The notes under the pieces are model-generated. The model saw only the letters and a list, made by a program, of their open reading frames with translations. It was not told the origin of the DNA and ran no database searches. DNA of 64,000 nt, from assembly GCA_027624795.1 (NCBI GenBank), contig JAQBTX010000001.1:27170-91169 (forward strand), given 5' to 3'. The translations under genes were made by a program, and so were the position numbers. Source of the stretch: a bacterium (GTDB taxonomy: Bacteria > Patescibacteriota > Microgenomatia > UBA1406 > GWC2-37-13). This document shows, piece by piece, positions 28,035 to 36,281 of the stretch (positions are counted from its first letter, which is position 1; each line of letters begins with the position of its first letter).

Positions 28035-28428
28035 AAAGGTAAAACTCCTTATCTTTTGGATGAGTCAATAGATTAGCTACCTCTTCTTTTTTAACCCAGC
28101 GCGCTTCTGGATTTTCTGTATCTTGAGGACTGAGCTCTTTTTGATTGGTAGTAAATAAATGCATGTGAATGGTCTTTATCTCACTGGTGTCTTCTCCTCC
28201 CTGTATACCGATTCGATGACGCGCATACGTACCAAGTTTTTTTATGTAAGTAAGCTCAGAAATACCCGATTCTTCATATATTTCTCTTTTTGCAGCAGTC
28301 ACCTCATCTTCACCAATGTCTATGTGGCCTTTGGGAAGAGACCAAGAATTACCATTTTGGTTTACCACAAGAACCATATTATCTGTATTAATCACCACTC
28401 CCCCAGCGCTCGTTGTATGTTTAGTCAT
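28015..28428 (-). CDS. Nudix hydrolase
   Basis: Nudix box GHIDIGEDEVTAAKREIYEESGI. Confidence 0.88.
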   Translation of the reverse strand: MTKHTTSAGGVVINTDNMVLVVNQNGNSWSLPKGHIDIGEDEVTAAKREIYEESGISELTYIKKLGTYARHRIGIQGGEDTSEIKTIHMHLFTTNQKELSPQDTENPEARWVKKEEVANLLTHPKDKEFYLSIMSDL

Positions 28429-28438
28429 AGTATCTTCA

Positions 28439-28465
28439 TGTCATCCCGGACTCGATCCGGGATCC
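28439..28465 (+). repeat. Hairpin-element copy B (intergenic, perfect 8-bp stem)
   Basis: TGTCATCCCGGActcgaTCCGGGATCC: stem ATCCCGGA/TCCGGGAT with a 5-nt loop. Lies between the HAD stop (28468) and the Nudix start (28428). Confidence 0.8.
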
Positions 28466-28467
28466 AG

Positions 28468-28941
28468 TTATTTATTTATAATTTTATTTAATTCCTCTAT
28501 TGCAGTTTCGTTATCTTGATAATGTACCGTAACTAATCCCGCCGCTTGTGCCGCCTTGATATTTATTTCTGTGTCATCCACAAACACAATCTCATCAGGT
28601 GATTTTTGAATAAGCGATGCAATCTTTGTATAAGCTTCGGGAGTTGACTTGCTCACTCCAAGTCGAAGTGCACTAAAGATGTTCTTAAATAGTGGATTGA
28701 GCTTTTCCATTACCGGTGGATACTCTTGTATATATTCGGAGGTAAAAATATATATTTCGATTTTTGATGAGAGATTTACATAATAATCTAGAAGTTCAGT
28801 ATTTAACGTAAAATAGTTCCAAAAATCATAGTCTCCTGTTTTGAGAAGTTCTTGATGAAGTTCATTTAACTTACCTGAATTCTTATCATCTTTTTTAAAA
28901 AGTAATACTTTAGAAAAATCAGAAATAAGTGCGTTGATCAT
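28468..28941 (-). CDS. HAD-superfamily hydrolase (short form)
   Basis: C-terminal FVDDTEINIKAAQAAGL (HAD motif IV context). The N-terminal DxD motif is not obvious (ISDFSKVL). Confidence 0.6.
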   Translation of the reverse strand: MINALISDFSKVLLFKKDDKNSGKLNELHQELLKTGDYDFWNYFTLNTELLDYYVNLSSKIEIYIFTSEYIQEYPPVMEKLNPLFKNIFSALRLGVSKSTPEAYTKIASLIQKSPDEIVFVDDTEINIKAAQAAGLVTVHYQDNETAIEELNKIINK

Positions 28942-28951
28942 ATTATTTTGA

Positions 28952-28978
28952 TGTCATCCTGAACTTGTTTCAGGATCT
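28952..28978 (+). repeat. Hairpin-element copy C (intergenic, perfect 8-bp stem)
   Basis: TGTCATCCTGAActtgtTTCAGGATCT: stem ATCCTGAA/TTCAGGAT with a 5-nt loop. Lies 10 nt upstream of the HAD start codon. Confidence 0.8.
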
Positions 28979-28988
28979 TAATTTATAA

Positions 28989-29333
28989 CTACTCTTCCTC
29001 ACCCCTAATTACATACCACTCCCCCTCTTTGATGATTTTTGCTTTAAATTTTGTTTGAGTTTCTGTGTACCACTCACCTTCTTTGGTGCCTACCGCAATT
29101 GCGCCAACAAGGCCTATCACTGTATCGTCTATAAGGGGAATATCACTACTATCTTTATACGTTATAAGTTCGCGGGAAACTAATGACTCCTTCCCGGCAT
29201 CTAATCGCTCTTTGGTGGTATCTTCAATTTGAAGGTCAAACCGAGTAAAAATATCATCATTTTCTGCTCCAGATATAACCAACAAATAAAGAAGTTCATT
29301 TTCAGTGAAGGTGAGAGAATGTGATTGTTTCAT
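28989..29333 (-). CDS. Hypothetical protein with duplicated KEGEWY motif
   Basis: 114-aa ORF in an operon-like array. GTKEGEWYTETQ and IIKEGEWYVIRG repeat near the C-terminus. No family recognised. Confidence 0.5.
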   Translation of the reverse strand: MKQSHSLTFTENELLYLLVISGAENDDIFTRFDLQIEDTTKERLDAGKESLVSRELITYKDSSDIPLIDDTVIGLVGAIAVGTKEGEWYTETQTKFKAKIIKEGEWYVIRGEEE

Positions 29334-29349
29334 AATCGAAGTTATTATA

Positions 29350-29982
29350 CTATTCCTTAAACAAATGCACCTCCCAAAATTGCGCTAAGGTTCTGAGTTG
29401 CTTTGGCACAGACTCATTATATACATAAATCGGGCCTGCGTGGATGCCAAAAACTACGGGGACGATTTTGTATTTTTTAAAACGAGATTTACTAATAAGT
29501 TTAATCAAATCGTTTTCCGTATATTCACGAACATGTTCTGCATAGGGAAAGCGTCGATCTCCGGTAAACATCTCAATAATAGATCTAGCAAGTCGTTTTC
29601 TGTTTGGCGTATTTATAAGTGCGGTACCACCTGGTTTTAAAACCGTATATAACTCATTTAACGATTTCAGATCATCTTGCACATGCTCTATAACATGACT
29701 ACTTAGCGCAATATCGATACTATTGGGTTTTATCACATCAGATAATTTCTGCCAATCTCCCACCATATAGTTGATGTTTGAGGAATCTTTTGGCTTTCGT
29801 TCTGGCATCAGTTCTACCCCCATAAGTTTCTTGCACAGTTTGGCAAGAGACGCTGTTCTCCCCATTGTCGAAGCTCCTATTTCCAATACAGTATCTGTTT
29901 TTTTCACATAGTTCCTATACGATGTCAGGATTGATTCCCAATCATAACGTAATGGATTTAAAGACGGATCGTATATTTTCAT
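29350..29982 (-). CDS. Class I SAM-dependent methyltransferase
   Basis: Motif I VLEIGASTMG. Post-I GVEL. LKPGGTALI. Confidence 0.8.
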   Translation of the reverse strand: MKIYDPSLNPLRYDWESILTSYRNYVKKTDTVLEIGASTMGRTASLAKLCKKLMGVELMPERKPKDSSNINYMVGDWQKLSDVIKPNSIDIALSSHVIEHVQDDLKSLNELYTVLKPGGTALINTPNRKRLARSIIEMFTGDRRFPYAEHVREYTENDLIKLISKSRFKKYKIVPVVFGIHAGPIYVYNESVPKQLRTLAQFWEVHLFKE

Positions 29983-30018
29983 TAATTATAAAATTATCCC
30001 TCCAGTATAATAAACCTC

Positions 30019-31344
30019 ATGAAATACTTTGTCAAAACTTTCGGGTGTCAGCAAAACGAGGCAGATAGCGAGCGCGTGGCGCAAGCTTTTTCCGCCAGAG
30101 GACTTACCAAAGCGCGCGGTTATCAAGATGCCAACTATGTAATCATAAATACCTGTATGGTTCGCGAATCTGCAGAAAATAGAGTGTATGGATTGGTCAA
30201 TAATTTAAAAGAAATTAAAGCTCAAAAAACAAAAGATGGAGAGCTTTATAAAATCATCGTCACCGGTTGTATGGTGGGAATTGCATTTCGTGATAAATCC
30301 GGAAAGTATCTTACCAAAATTCGAAAAGCCATGCCCGCAGTTGATGAATTTATGCCCATAGAAGAAGTAGGATTTGATATGGAGCCAGTCCGGCAAAATG
30401 ATATACAAGGATGGGTACCCATTTCAAATGGCTGTAATAACTTTTGCACATTTTGTATTGTGCCCTTTACCCGTGGAAGAGAAATTAGTAGACCTTATGA
30501 AGATATCATCGATGAATGCTTGCATTTGAAGGCAAAAGGATACAAAAAAGTTACACTCCTTGGACAGAATGTAAATTCATATGGCGCGGATCTCATAATG
30601 GGAAAAGAAAATGTTCATGTGATGCGAGATATTAAAGATACGTATTTTAAAAAAAGCACCACCCCTCCCGACTCAACGTCGGGAAACCCCACCTTAAAAA
30701 GGAGGGGAGTTAGTGATATAGCTCTCCTCCTTGATAAGGAGGAGTACCCAAAGGGGGAGGTGGTAAATCACCTTTCCACTATCAGATCTAAATTCACCTA
30801 CAACGGCCGTAACGTGGAACCAGTATATGTAAAACATTTGGGCAAACAACGCATTCCTACCTTGTTCCCCTATTTGCTGGAAGATATTGCACGTATGGAT
30901 TTTGAACTGGTAGATTTTGTATCATCAAATCCTTGGGACTTTTCTGATGAACTCATAGATATGATTGCCAAATATCCCAATGTGACACGCACCATTCATC
31001 TTGCCGTGCAATCCGGAGATAATGAAGTGCTCAAGCGAATGAATAGGTGGTATACACGAGAGGAGTATTTAGATATTGTTAATAAACTTAAAGCTCAGGT
31101 TCCCAATGTTAAATTAACAACCGACATCATCGTGGGTTTCTGTGGAGAAACAGATGAAGAATTTCAAAATACGGTAAAACTTGCCAAAGAAGTTGGGTTT
31201 GATAAAGCGTATATATCTCGTTATTCAGAGCGGCCGATGACCGCTGCCACTAAAGTAATGAAGGATGATATTCCGATGCCAGTGAAGAAAAAACGATGGA
31301 AAGAATTAGATAAGATAATCAATACGTTTGCGTATACTTTATGA
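30019..31344 (+). CDS. miaB: MiaB-like radical-SAM methylthiotransferase with a large internal insertion and no TRAM domain
   Basis: N-terminal TFGCQQNEADSE...NTCMVRE. Radical-SAM CNNFCTFC. The ORF ends about 20 aa after ...YSERPMTAA, so the C-terminal TRAM domain is absent. Confidence 0.82.
   Translation: MKYFVKTFGCQQNEADSERVAQAFSARGLTKARGYQDANYVIINTCMVRESAENRVYGLVNNLKEIKAQKTKDGELYKIIVTGCMVGIAFRDKSGKYLTKIRKAMPAVDEFMPIEEVGFDMEPVRQNDIQGWVPISNGCNNFCTFCIVPFTRGREISRPYEDIIDECLHLKAKGYKKVTLLGQNVNSYGADLIMGKENVHVMRDIKDTYFKKSTTPPDSTSGNPTLKRRGVSDIALLLDKEEYPKGEVVNHLSTIRSKFTYNGRNVEPVYVKHLGKQRIPTLFPYLLEDIARMDFELVDFVSSNPWDFSDELIDMIAKYPNVTRTIHLAVQSGDNEVLKRMNRWYTREEYLDIVNKLKAQVPNVKLTTDIIVGFCGETDEEFQNTVKLAKEVGFDKAYISRYSERPMTAATKVMKDDIPMPVKKKRWKELDKIINTFAYTL
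30658..30764 (+). repeat. GC-rich composite palindromic element with terminal inverted repeats, inside miaB
   Basis: ACCACCCCTCCC (30658-69) pairs at 11/12 positions with GGGGGAGGTGGT (30753-64). Internal hairpins: TCCCGAC-tcaac-GTCGGGA (30666-84) and CTCCTCCTT-gat-AAGGAGGAG (30724-44). Confidence 0.7.
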
Positions 31345-32125
31345 TATCGGAAAGAATGTTAGGATGACATGCAAGAACAGGATATTGTTTAATGCGTGTA
31401 GAGAAGTCGAGTTTAAGTTCGTTTCCCTCCCAATCATACAGTCCTCCACCCGCTTCTTCAATAATAATTTTTGCCGCAGCCACATCCCAAATATATGGCC
31501 CTACACTTACCAAACTGAGTCCAGCAATGTTTTCTGCAACAGCTACAATATCGAGTGCAATTGCACCATTTATATGCACTGATCGATATTCAGGCATAAG
31601 CTTTTCAATAATCTTGATGTGAGCTTCTTCAAAACTCTTCCATATTTCTGTATATATCATTAGATCTTGAGTTGGAAGATTCCTAATTCTTAAATCTTTC
31701 TTCATGCCTCTTGACTCGATAAAAGCGCCTTTTCCTTTTTCGGCACAATACATCTCACCTGTTATGGGTCTGTTTATGCACCCGGCCAAAAGCTCACCGT
31801 CTTTTACATAGGCTATAGCGCAGCAGAAATAATCTATACCCGATGCAAAGCTGGAAGTGCCGTCTATCGGGTCCATGATGAACAAATGTCGTCCGTCTGA
31901 AGTGAGGTCTTCTTCACCAATAAATCCTACATCAGATGCATCGATTCCTTTCTTTTCCATCTCAATTAGGATTATTTGTTCAATGATATCTTGCGATTCT
32001 TTATCTGCTTTGGTAACAATATTTTGATGATCAGTTTTGTGAGTTACGTCAAGCTCGGTAGATCGAAAGTATTTTTTTTGTATTTCTCCCGCTTCTAAAG
32101 CAGCCTTTTTGAGGATATCAAGCAT
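31319..32125 (-). CDS. Inositol monophosphatase family protein (SuhB/CysQ-like)
   Basis: FIGEE...FIMDPIDGTSSF...WDVAAA motifs. Confidence 0.88.
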   Translation of the reverse strand: MLDILKKAALEAGEIQKKYFRSTELDVTHKTDHQNIVTKADKESQDIIEQIILIEMEKKGIDASDVGFIGEEDLTSDGRHLFIMDPIDGTSSFASGIDYFCCAIAYVKDGELLAGCINRPITGEMYCAEKGKGAFIESRGMKKDLRIRNLPTQDLMIYTEIWKSFEEAHIKIIEKLMPEYRSVHINGAIALDIVAVAENIAGLSLVSVGPYIWDVAAAKIIIEEAGGGLYDWEGNELKLDFSTRIKQYPVLACHPNILSDIIKYTQTY

Positions 32126-32145
32126 GATTGTAGTATACTATATCC

Positions 32146-33114
32146 ATGAAACTCTTGGTCACTGGTGGTGCTGGATTTATAGGTACAAACTTCATCCATT
32201 ATTGGTTAAAAAACCACACTGATGATCAGATTGTGAACTTTGATAAACTCACTTATGCAGGCAATATTGAGAATCTGAAATCAATAGAAAGTAACCCAAA
32301 CTACTCATTTGTTCAGGGTGACATTGTTAATAAAAAAATGGTCGATGACGTGATGACTGGCATTGATATTGTTGTTCACTTTGCGGCAGAAAGTCATGTA
32401 GATAGATCGATTGCCGATGCTTCCCCTTTCGTAATGACTAATGTAGTTGGAACCCAAGTACTTTTAGAATCTGCTTTAAAACATAACATAAAACGATTTC
32501 ATCATATTTCTACAGATGAGGTGTTTGGAGCACTTGAGCTGGAAAGTGATAAAAAATTCACCATAGATTCTCCTTATGACCCCCACAGCCCTTACTCAGC
32601 ATCAAAAGCAGGATCAGATCATTTGGTTCGTGCATATTTTGATACCTATAACCTTCCCATCACAATTTCAAATTGTTCAAATAATTTTGGACCGTATCAT
32701 TTCCCAGAAAAGTTGATACCATTGGCAATCACTAATCTTTTAGAAGGAAAAAAAGTACCGGTATATGGTGATGGAAAATATGTGCGCGATTGGCTTTACG
32801 TTGAAGATCATTGCCGAGCGATTGATATGATTTTAACAAAAGGTACGGTTGGAAAGACGTACCTCGTTGGCGGCCAAACAGCAGACATATCTAATCTTGA
32901 AGTGATACATAAGATTCTTAATGTAATGAATAAAAGTGAAGAATCTATAGAATACGTGACCGATCGACCTGGTCATGATCGAAGATATGCAATTGACTGG
33001 AGTAAGACTAAAGAAGAACTTGGATGGGAACCTCAACACGATTTTGAAAGCGCACTTGCAAAAACTATTGAATGGTACCAGAATAATATAGATTGGTGGA
33101 AACCATTAAAGTAA
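32146..33114 (+). CDS. rfbB: dTDP-glucose 4,6-dehydratase
   Basis: GGAGFIG...HFAAESHVDRS...YSASKAGSDHL...NNFGPYHFPEKLIP. Confidence 0.9.
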   Translation: MKLLVTGGAGFIGTNFIHYWLKNHTDDQIVNFDKLTYAGNIENLKSIESNPNYSFVQGDIVNKKMVDDVMTGIDIVVHFAAESHVDRSIADASPFVMTNVVGTQVLLESALKHNIKRFHHISTDEVFGALELESDKKFTIDSPYDPHSPYSASKAGSDHLVRAYFDTYNLPITISNCSNNFGPYHFPEKLIPLAITNLLEGKKVPVYGDGKYVRDWLYVEDHCRAIDMILTKGTVGKTYLVGGQTADISNLEVIHKILNVMNKSEESIEYVTDRPGHDRRYAIDWSKTKEELGWEPQHDFESALAKTIEWYQNNIDWWKPLK

Positions 33115-33117
33115 TAT

Positions 33118-33960
33118 ATGAATGTTGCAATCACGGGACCAAACGGACTAATTGGATCGCGCGTAATAAAACTCTTGAGCGATGAAATAACATTTATCCC
33201 CCTTTCGCATGAAGATCTTGATATTGCACATAAAGAAGATGTAGAAAATAAACTAAATGATATTGAATTTGATATTCTTCTCCACCTTGCTGCGTATACC
33301 AATGTTGATAATGCGGAACTTGAACAACATAAAGCTCGTGCGATAAATGTCGATGGAACCAGATATTTGTATGATGCAGTAAAGCAGAAAGGAAAAAAGA
33401 TGATCTATATTTCTACCGACTATGTATTTGATGGAGTGAATCCTCCGTTTGATGAAGAAAGCGTACCTAACCCAATTGGATATTATGGAAAAACAAAGTA
33501 CGAGGGAGAACAAGTATTGGGAAACAATGCAATGATCGTACGTGTGAGTTATCCGTATCATACTGATGTCATTTTGAGTGGAGCGAAGAGTCAGGGAAAA
33601 CCAGATATTGTTACCCGCCTTTCACAACTTCTCAAAGAGGGAAAAACCCTCCCTATGGTAACGGATGCAAGTATTACTCCAACACATATCGATGATATTG
33701 CCGAAGGATTGAATTATTTGATCCATAATTTCAAACCAGAAATCTATCATTTAGTAGGATCGAAATCATATTCACCCTTTGATGTGGGAACGATGATAGC
33801 TCGATACATAGGTGCGCCGACAGATCTCATAAAGCCAACTACGTTTGAAGAATACAGTAAAGGCAAGGCGCCACGACCACAATATTCAGAAACAATAAGT
33901 AAGAAAAATCGCTTTCATAAGATGCAAGCGCTTGGGGAAGTGATTGAATATAAGATGTAA
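33118..33960 (+). CDS. rfbD: dTDP-4-dehydrorhamnose reductase family (RmlD-like)
   Basis: ITGPNGLIGS...HLAAYTNVD...ISTDYVFDG...YGKTKYEGE. Confidence 0.82.
   Translation: MNVAITGPNGLIGSRVIKLLSDEITFIPLSHEDLDIAHKEDVENKLNDIEFDILLHLAAYTNVDNAELEQHKARAINVDGTRYLYDAVKQKGKKMIYISTDYVFDGVNPPFDEESVPNPIGYYGKTKYEGEQVLGNNAMIVRVSYPYHTDVILSGAKSQGKPDIVTRLSQLLKEGKTLPMVTDASITPTHIDDIAEGLNYLIHNFKPEIYHLVGSKSYSPFDVGTMIARYIGAPTDLIKPTTFEEYSKGKAPRPQYSETISKKNRFHKMQALGEVIEYKM
33568..33603 (+). repeat. Degenerate hairpin-element copy G, in frame in rfbD
   Basis: GTCATTTTGAGTGGAGCGAAGAGTCAGGGAAAACC. Its GGAGCGAAGAGTCAGGGA core matches the reverse complement of copy E (GGAGCGAGGAGTCGGGGA) at 16/18 positions. The stem has decayed. 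Confidence 0.4.
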
Positions 33961-34006
33961 TCTTCTCATTCTTGTTTTTTTGTTATTATTTGAGTATCAT
34001 TTCACC

Positions 34007-35305
34007 ATGACAATCACATTCATCGGCCATGGATATGTAGGACTCGTGACAGCTTGTGTGTTTGCTGATTTTGGAAATGATGTATGGGTTATTGGGCACA
34101 CCCCTGAAAAAATTGAAAAACTTAAAAACGGAAATCCCCTTATTTATGAACCTGGACTTGAAGAACTGCTTAAAAAGAACTTAGATGCAAAAAGACTTCA
34201 CTTTACCTTAGATTTTGATAAAGCAATCCCTGATTCAGATATCGTATTTATTGCAGTCGGAACACCACCAAGTGCAACTGGCGAAGCAGATCTTACAGCT
34301 GTGCTTGGAGTCGCTGAACATATTGGAAAGAACCTAAAGAAAGGATTTACGGTGGTATCGTGTAAGAGCACCGTTCCTGTTGGAACCAATTTAAAAGTTG
34401 AAAAAATAATTGAAGAAACCAAGCCAGATGGAGCAGAATTTGCAGTAGCTTCATGCCCTGAATTTCTTCGTGAAGGATCCGCCATAGGTGATACCGTAAA
34501 TCCAGATCGTGTTGTAATCGGATCATCATCTCAAAAAGCCATTGATGCCCTACTTGAAGCTCACAAGCCTCTTACGGGAAGTCGAGTTATTACCGATCTT
34601 GCAAGTGCAGAAATAATTAAATACGCTTCCAATGCCATGCTTGCTACTAAGATATCATTTGCCAATCTCATATCGCTTTATGCTGAAAAGACAGGTGGAG
34701 ATATTGAAACAATCATGGAAGCTGTGGGAAGTGACAATCGTATTGGCCGAAAATTCTTATATGCCGGTATTGGGTACGGAGGATCATGTTTCCCCAAAGA
34801 CGTGATGGCTTTGAATGAAACTGGTAAACAATTAGATCTCGACACTGGATTATTGGATTCAGTTGAGCGAATTAATCATACAGTCCGGGATAATTTTGTA
34901 CATAAAGTATTAAAACATGTAATGGGGAAAAAGCTTGCAGTCTGGGGACTTAGCTTTAAACCAAATACTGACGACATTCGCTATGCCCCATCGCTATATA
35001 TCATAAATGAACTTATAAAGATGAACTACCAAATTGTTGCTTTTGATCCGGCTGCAAGAGAAAATGTCAAAAAACAACATCGCGGAGAAGGACTTACTTT
35101 TGTTGAAAATATGTATGATGCACTGAAAGATGCAGATGCACTCTTGATTATGACTGAATGGAATGAGTTTAAACAAGCAAATCTAACTCGCATTAAATCG
35201 CTATTGAAGAGTCCTCTTATTATAGATGGCCGAAATATTTATAATCCTGAAACCATGAAATCTCATGGATTTACATATATATCTACCGGTCGAAAAGCAG
35301 TATAA
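34007..35305 (+). CDS. ugd: UDP-glucose 6-dehydrogenase
   Basis: ITFIGHGYVGLVTACVFA...GGSCFPKD (catalytic Cys). ATG 34007 chosen; the track start at 33944 overlaps rfbD. Confidence 0.92.
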   Translation: MTITFIGHGYVGLVTACVFADFGNDVWVIGHTPEKIEKLKNGNPLIYEPGLEELLKKNLDAKRLHFTLDFDKAIPDSDIVFIAVGTPPSATGEADLTAVLGVAEHIGKNLKKGFTVVSCKSTVPVGTNLKVEKIIEETKPDGAEFAVASCPEFLREGSAIGDTVNPDRVVIGSSSQKAIDALLEAHKPLTGSRVITDLASAEIIKYASNAMLATKISFANLISLYAEKTGGDIETIMEAVGSDNRIGRKFLYAGIGYGGSCFPKDVMALNETGKQLDLDTGLLDSVERINHTVRDNFVHKVLKHVMGKKLAVWGLSFKPNTDDIRYAPSLYIINELIKMNYQIVAFDPAARENVKKQHRGEGLTFVENMYDALKDADALLIMTEWNEFKQANLTRIKSLLKSPLIIDGRNIYNPETMKSHGFTYISTGRKAV

Positions 35306-35318
35306 TACTCCTTATCAT

Positions 35319-36281
35319 ATGAATATACTCATAACGGGAGGCGCGGGATTTATTGGGAGCCACTTGTGTGAAAGATTATTGGCTGATTGGCATTATATAT
35401 ATTGTATAGATAACCTCAGTACAGGATCTCGCAGTAATATTTCATCACTTGAAAAGAATGAGCATTTTATCTTTATCAATGCAGATGTATCCTCAGAACT
35501 ACCAGTAGACGCACTTCCGAAACAGATTGATCGCATATATCATCTCGCATCCCCAGCTTCACCTAATCATCACAGTCCTATAAGCTATCATGCACTTCCT
35601 ATGGAAACGATGATGGTAAATACAGTAGGAACACATAATATGCTGAAACTTGCACAAAAATATAATGCACGATTTTTATTCACGTCGACATCTGAGATTT
35701 ATGGCGAACCACTTGAACACCCTCAAAAAGAATCCTATCGAGGCAATGTATCAACCACGGGCCCACGATCTGTTTATGATGAAGCCAAACGATTTGGTGA
35801 AACACTCACCGCTTACTACCAAAGAGAAAAAAAAGTTGACACACGAATTGTAAGAATTTTTAATACCTATGGCCCTCATATGAGTGATAACGATATGCGA
35901 ATGAGTGTACTTTTTATGCAACAGGCATTAAAAAATGAACCCATTACTATTTTTGGAGATGGCACGCAAACACGGTCACTCTGTTTTGTGGAAGACCTGG
36001 TAGATGGGCTGGTGAAATTTATGGAACATGATGATTTGGCAGGTGAAATAATAAATTTAGGATCGACTGATGAAAAAACAGTTTTGGAATATGCACAATT
36101 AATTAAATCTATTGCAAAATCTGAAAGTGAAATCACGGTGACTGAAAAACTTCCAGTAGATGACCCAAAACAACGAAAGCCCGATATTACTAAAGCTAAA
36201 GAACTCCTTGGGTGGGAACCCAAAACAAGCATTGAAGACGGAATAAAAAAAACTATTGACCACATTCGTACGAACTCATGA
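35319..36281 (+). CDS. UDP-glucuronate decarboxylase (UDP-xylose synthase-like SDR)
   Basis: ITGGAGFIGSHL...TSTSEIYG...YDEAKRFGE. ATG 35319. Confidence 0.85.
   Translation: MNILITGGAGFIGSHLCERLLADWHYIYCIDNLSTGSRSNISSLEKNEHFIFINADVSSELPVDALPKQIDRIYHLASPASPNHHSPISYHALPMETMMVNTVGTHNMLKLAQKYNARFLFTSTSEIYGEPLEHPQKESYRGNVSTTGPRSVYDEAKRFGETLTAYYQREKKVDTRIVRIFNTYGPHMSDNDMRMSVLFMQQALKNEPITIFGDGTQTRSLCFVEDLVDGLVKFMEHDDLAGEIINLGSTDEKTVLEYAQLIKSIAKSESEITVTEKLPVDDPKQRKPDITKAKELLGWEPKTSIEDGIKKTIDHIRTNS

Noticed and set aside
33944-34006. N-terminal extensions offered by the ORF track. Examples: ugd from 33944, UXS from 35265, GNAT from 40116, tuf from 18075, L6 from 9702, L5 from 11208, the reductase from 21857 and the helicase from GTG 18194.
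   Set aside because: The extensions overlap the preceding gene and do not match the conserved N-termini. Internal ATGs give canonical starts such as MTITFIGHGYVG and MNILITGGAGFIG.
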